Below, one piece after another: positions 60,967 to 64,000 of a stretch of 64,000 bases of DNA. The position numbers and the translations under genes are program-made. Numbering within the stretch: position 1 is the first letter of the stretch; each line of letters starts with the position of its first letter. This DNA comes from Chlorokybus atmophyticus (Eukaryota; Plantae; Mesostigma and Chlorokybus algae): the NCBI GenBank assembly GCA_009103225.1, contig RHPI01002836.1:124001-188000 (forward strand), in the 5' to 3' direction. The notes beneath the pieces were generated by a model that saw only the letters and a program-made list of their open reading frames with translations, had not been told where the DNA came from and ran no database searches.

Positions 60967-63900
60967 AGTGTGGCATGCTCATAAACTCTCCTGTTTAGTC
61001 GCAACGTGTCATAAGTAAGTTGCCGAACGCCTCGAGTTGCTCAACAACAGCAGCACGTTGGGTGCGGCATTGTGCAACTCGACGTCAAGCCAGACGGTCG
61101 CCTTGCCAACTGAAGCATCAGCATACCAACAGTCTATGCAACTTGACAATCCCGCGACACTCACACAAGCACCCATGTGTAAGAACTCTGACGCTAGACT
61201 GAGGCACAATCACACAACAGGACGCTTGTGCGCATGCTGGCAAAATTGTACACCTGACGTATAAATAGTCATCAGCTCACGGCGGTTGCGTGTACTTGTT
61301 TACACTAGACACCAGCATGTGATGTCGCTGTCTGTCCTAGCTATTCTCAGCAAGCAACAGTGTGGCAACAAGGTTGACGCGATGACATGCCTTGTCCTTG
61401 ACGGAGCTAACGAACAAGAAGTGGTGACCAGCTTTAGTACTGCGCAGCTCATGCCGAAGCTTGGAGAAGCTTCACAAGCTTCTCTAACACCGAAACAAGC
61501 CATGCACAATGACTAGACAGCTTGCTTGCTTGCCTGCTGCTGCGCCATGCCTGCTGCTTCGCCTATCTGCTTTGCGTCCAACGCCATATTGCCTGCCGTC
61601 CGAACCACACACAGCGCACCTCCGCCGCCGCCGCCGCTGGTACACACCATGGCTACTGTGCTCTTTGTCGCTATCCATGCGCACAAGCTTGACGTTCACA
61701 TCAAGGCGGGTCCCATCATGGTCTAGTGTAGCTGGGCTATTTGTGATTGACGTCAAGATCAAGGCAGGCAGTGTGGAAGAGGTAAGCGGTGTTGGGCATG
61801 TCGACGTGGTGCATGTAGGCACTGAGCTGCGCTTGCCACTGCTATTTAATGCTGAGGTGTAAGGTAACGCTGCAGCTGGCTGAAGGCGAGCACCCAGCAG
61901 CACAGCACTCAGTTGGAAGAAGGCAGTGTATTGGCTGCTTGGGGTGAGCTGCGGCATTTTCCGCTATATATGCGTGTGTCCTTGCGTATGCCTGCTTGCG
62001 TGTTGCTGCAGTATGCTTGTTTGTGTACGCAGACACACACGCATGTGCAACGAAGAGTGAGCTTTGCCATTGCTGCTGGCGCTGCGCTGTTGGCCAGCTG
62101 CAAACAGCAACAGCAGTAGTAGCGCACTGCTATGCCATTGCTGCTGGTACCAGTGTTGCTGGCTTTGCCTATGTTGTTGTCGCTGCTGCTGCTCTGCACT
62201 CATCGTCCTGTAGCTGGAGCTGTCAGTATTCCCCTTGTGGGTGGTGCTGCAACAACCGTGTCGGCAACGACCGACGACGAAAAAATCAGCGACAAAAGCA
62301 ACAACAACACCAACAGTACCAACAGTAACAACGTGCAGAGCACCATAGCAAAAGGACAATGGGGCGCATGCAGCTTCTACACGCAAGTGCATTGCGTAGT
62401 GTAGTCCGCAAACTGCAGCACACGGACTTGTTGCATTCCAATATAGCGACACCACTAGAGCGACACTACATTCACACAATCAGTGTAGCTTTGTGGACAC
62501 ATGCATGTGTGGCACAGATGGAGGTTAATGCCCTAATCCTAGAACAGTGTTCCATTTTAGATCGAATATATGTATATGTATCGAATATATGTATGCGCTC
62601 GTGTGTGCACCCGTGAGTAGCCATGCATGCGTGCATACTTGTGTCTATACATGTTCGTGCATGCATTTTGGTGTGGTCTTCGGTCATGAAACCAGCGCCG
62701 ATTGCGGTTTGCCAGGCTTGCGCAACAACGGGGGCAACACTTAAAAGCCGGTATAACTGCCATCTTATATTGTTAGCAAAAGGCTTTTTTACAGATAACT
62801 CGAGCACCATAGAGTATATCTGGGGCACGGCACGGTGAGCAACAATAAAACACCCTTCAAGCATGCACTATAATTCTCATTTCAGAATGTTGTCCAATGC
62901 CTATTACAGTATGTGAGTTATGCACCATACACGGCGGGCAACAAAAATACATTTACTACACATGCAGTATATTTCTCATCCTATCATGATAGCAAATAGC
63001 ATATCAAATAAAGCATCTTATAAAAACTAGCTTGAAGTTATATAGCTTGAAGTTATACAAAGTACATGTACACCATATTGTACTAGCACATAAGAGCATA
63101 ACTTATAATACAACATGCACATATTGACTCAAGCAATAACACTGTGCTCAACAGCGCTACTCTCGTGTATTCCCTTGTATTTGCGCAATTGGCATGCACC
63201 ATTTTCAATTGATAATATACATGTATATTTGATGCAATATCGCTAACTCAAAGAATAAAATGTTAACACGATTTAAGTTTTAAATATGCAACCTCAATGT
63301 GCACATAATGCATGTAATTAAAATGCATATCTTTGACAATTCTTATAGCGTTTAAATAAGTACAATGTTAAAAAAGAAGTCTAAGATAAGCCGTAGTGTT
63401 GTGAAGCAGAGTTAGTAGCGTACCATTTCAATAAAGTTGAATTAACCCAATTATCAATGAGTTTTTGAGCAACTTGTTGTGGTAGTGATAAGCATATACA
63501 ATACCAACTTATGTGAAAAAGCCTTCAAATATGTGCATGTGAAGTTTTCTGCTCTTTGTCACAACTTCATATTTCAGTTAACATGCCCCAATACTATTCG
63601 CATGCTGATGTAGTCTGCAAAGCCATTGTGAGCAACATTGGCATGCCGCACAGCTCAGTGATCACAGGCATGGCAAAATATAACTGCATCGCAAAGCCTT
63701 TGCGATGCACACACGTATACCATGGCAAATTGCCATTGGCGTGCATGGCGCGCATAGTCTCAAGCCGAACGTTTCCACCTGCTTGAGTTGACGTACGTAA
63801 GTTAGGAATCCGTAATTGCACGTCGTTTGTCGCATCTCAAACCGGTACAAAAGTTGTTGTGACTTCCTCCGCATGGCCTCCCACATTGCCGTCGTCGCCA

Positions 63901-64000
63901 GCGCCGTCGCCAGAGGCAGTGGTATAGTCGGCGGCGAGCGTGCTGGGAGGCTGAGAGTGAGCGGAGTGAGAAGGGCAGCAGCGAGGTCAGCGAGGATGTC

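Noticed and set aside
1-64000. rRNA, tRNA or spliceosomal snRNA genes
   Set aside because: No conserved rRNA segments, cloverleaf with GGTTCGA T-loop, or recognisable U-snRNA sequence was seen by eye. A covariance-model scan would be needed to exclude them fully.

Overview
Intron-rich, gene-dense eukaryotic nuclear DNA, most likely a green plant-lineage alga. That is inferred from a PII gene with transit peptide and C-terminal Q-loop, plant-type MED4 and a PpiC-rhodanese (STR12-like) gene. 1-32 kb and 39.5-46.7 kb hold 12 spliced housekeeping genes: ARM-repeat protein, NIFK/Nop15-like RRM, MED4, RimI-like GNAT, STR12-like, 5'-nucleotidase, GT-A glycosyltransferase-like, METTL21-like, TMEM97-like, bZIP, PII and ICMT/PEMT-like. 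A 13th locus at 13.7-15.1 kb is an orphan or pseudogene that starts with a diverged duplicate of the STR12 5' UTR and first (transit-peptide-like) exon. 32.6-39 kb is AT-richer and mostly unassignable. 47-64 kb is a decaying U-box/ARM region containing a full-length 4.4-kb PIF/Harbinger transposon (TIRs, TAA TSD, Myb/SANT gene that looks open where readable, disabled DDE transposase). No CRISPR, rRNA or tRNA was recognised. Exon models were spliced by eye and family calls come from motif recognition, not database searches. Four assembly gaps limit some calls.
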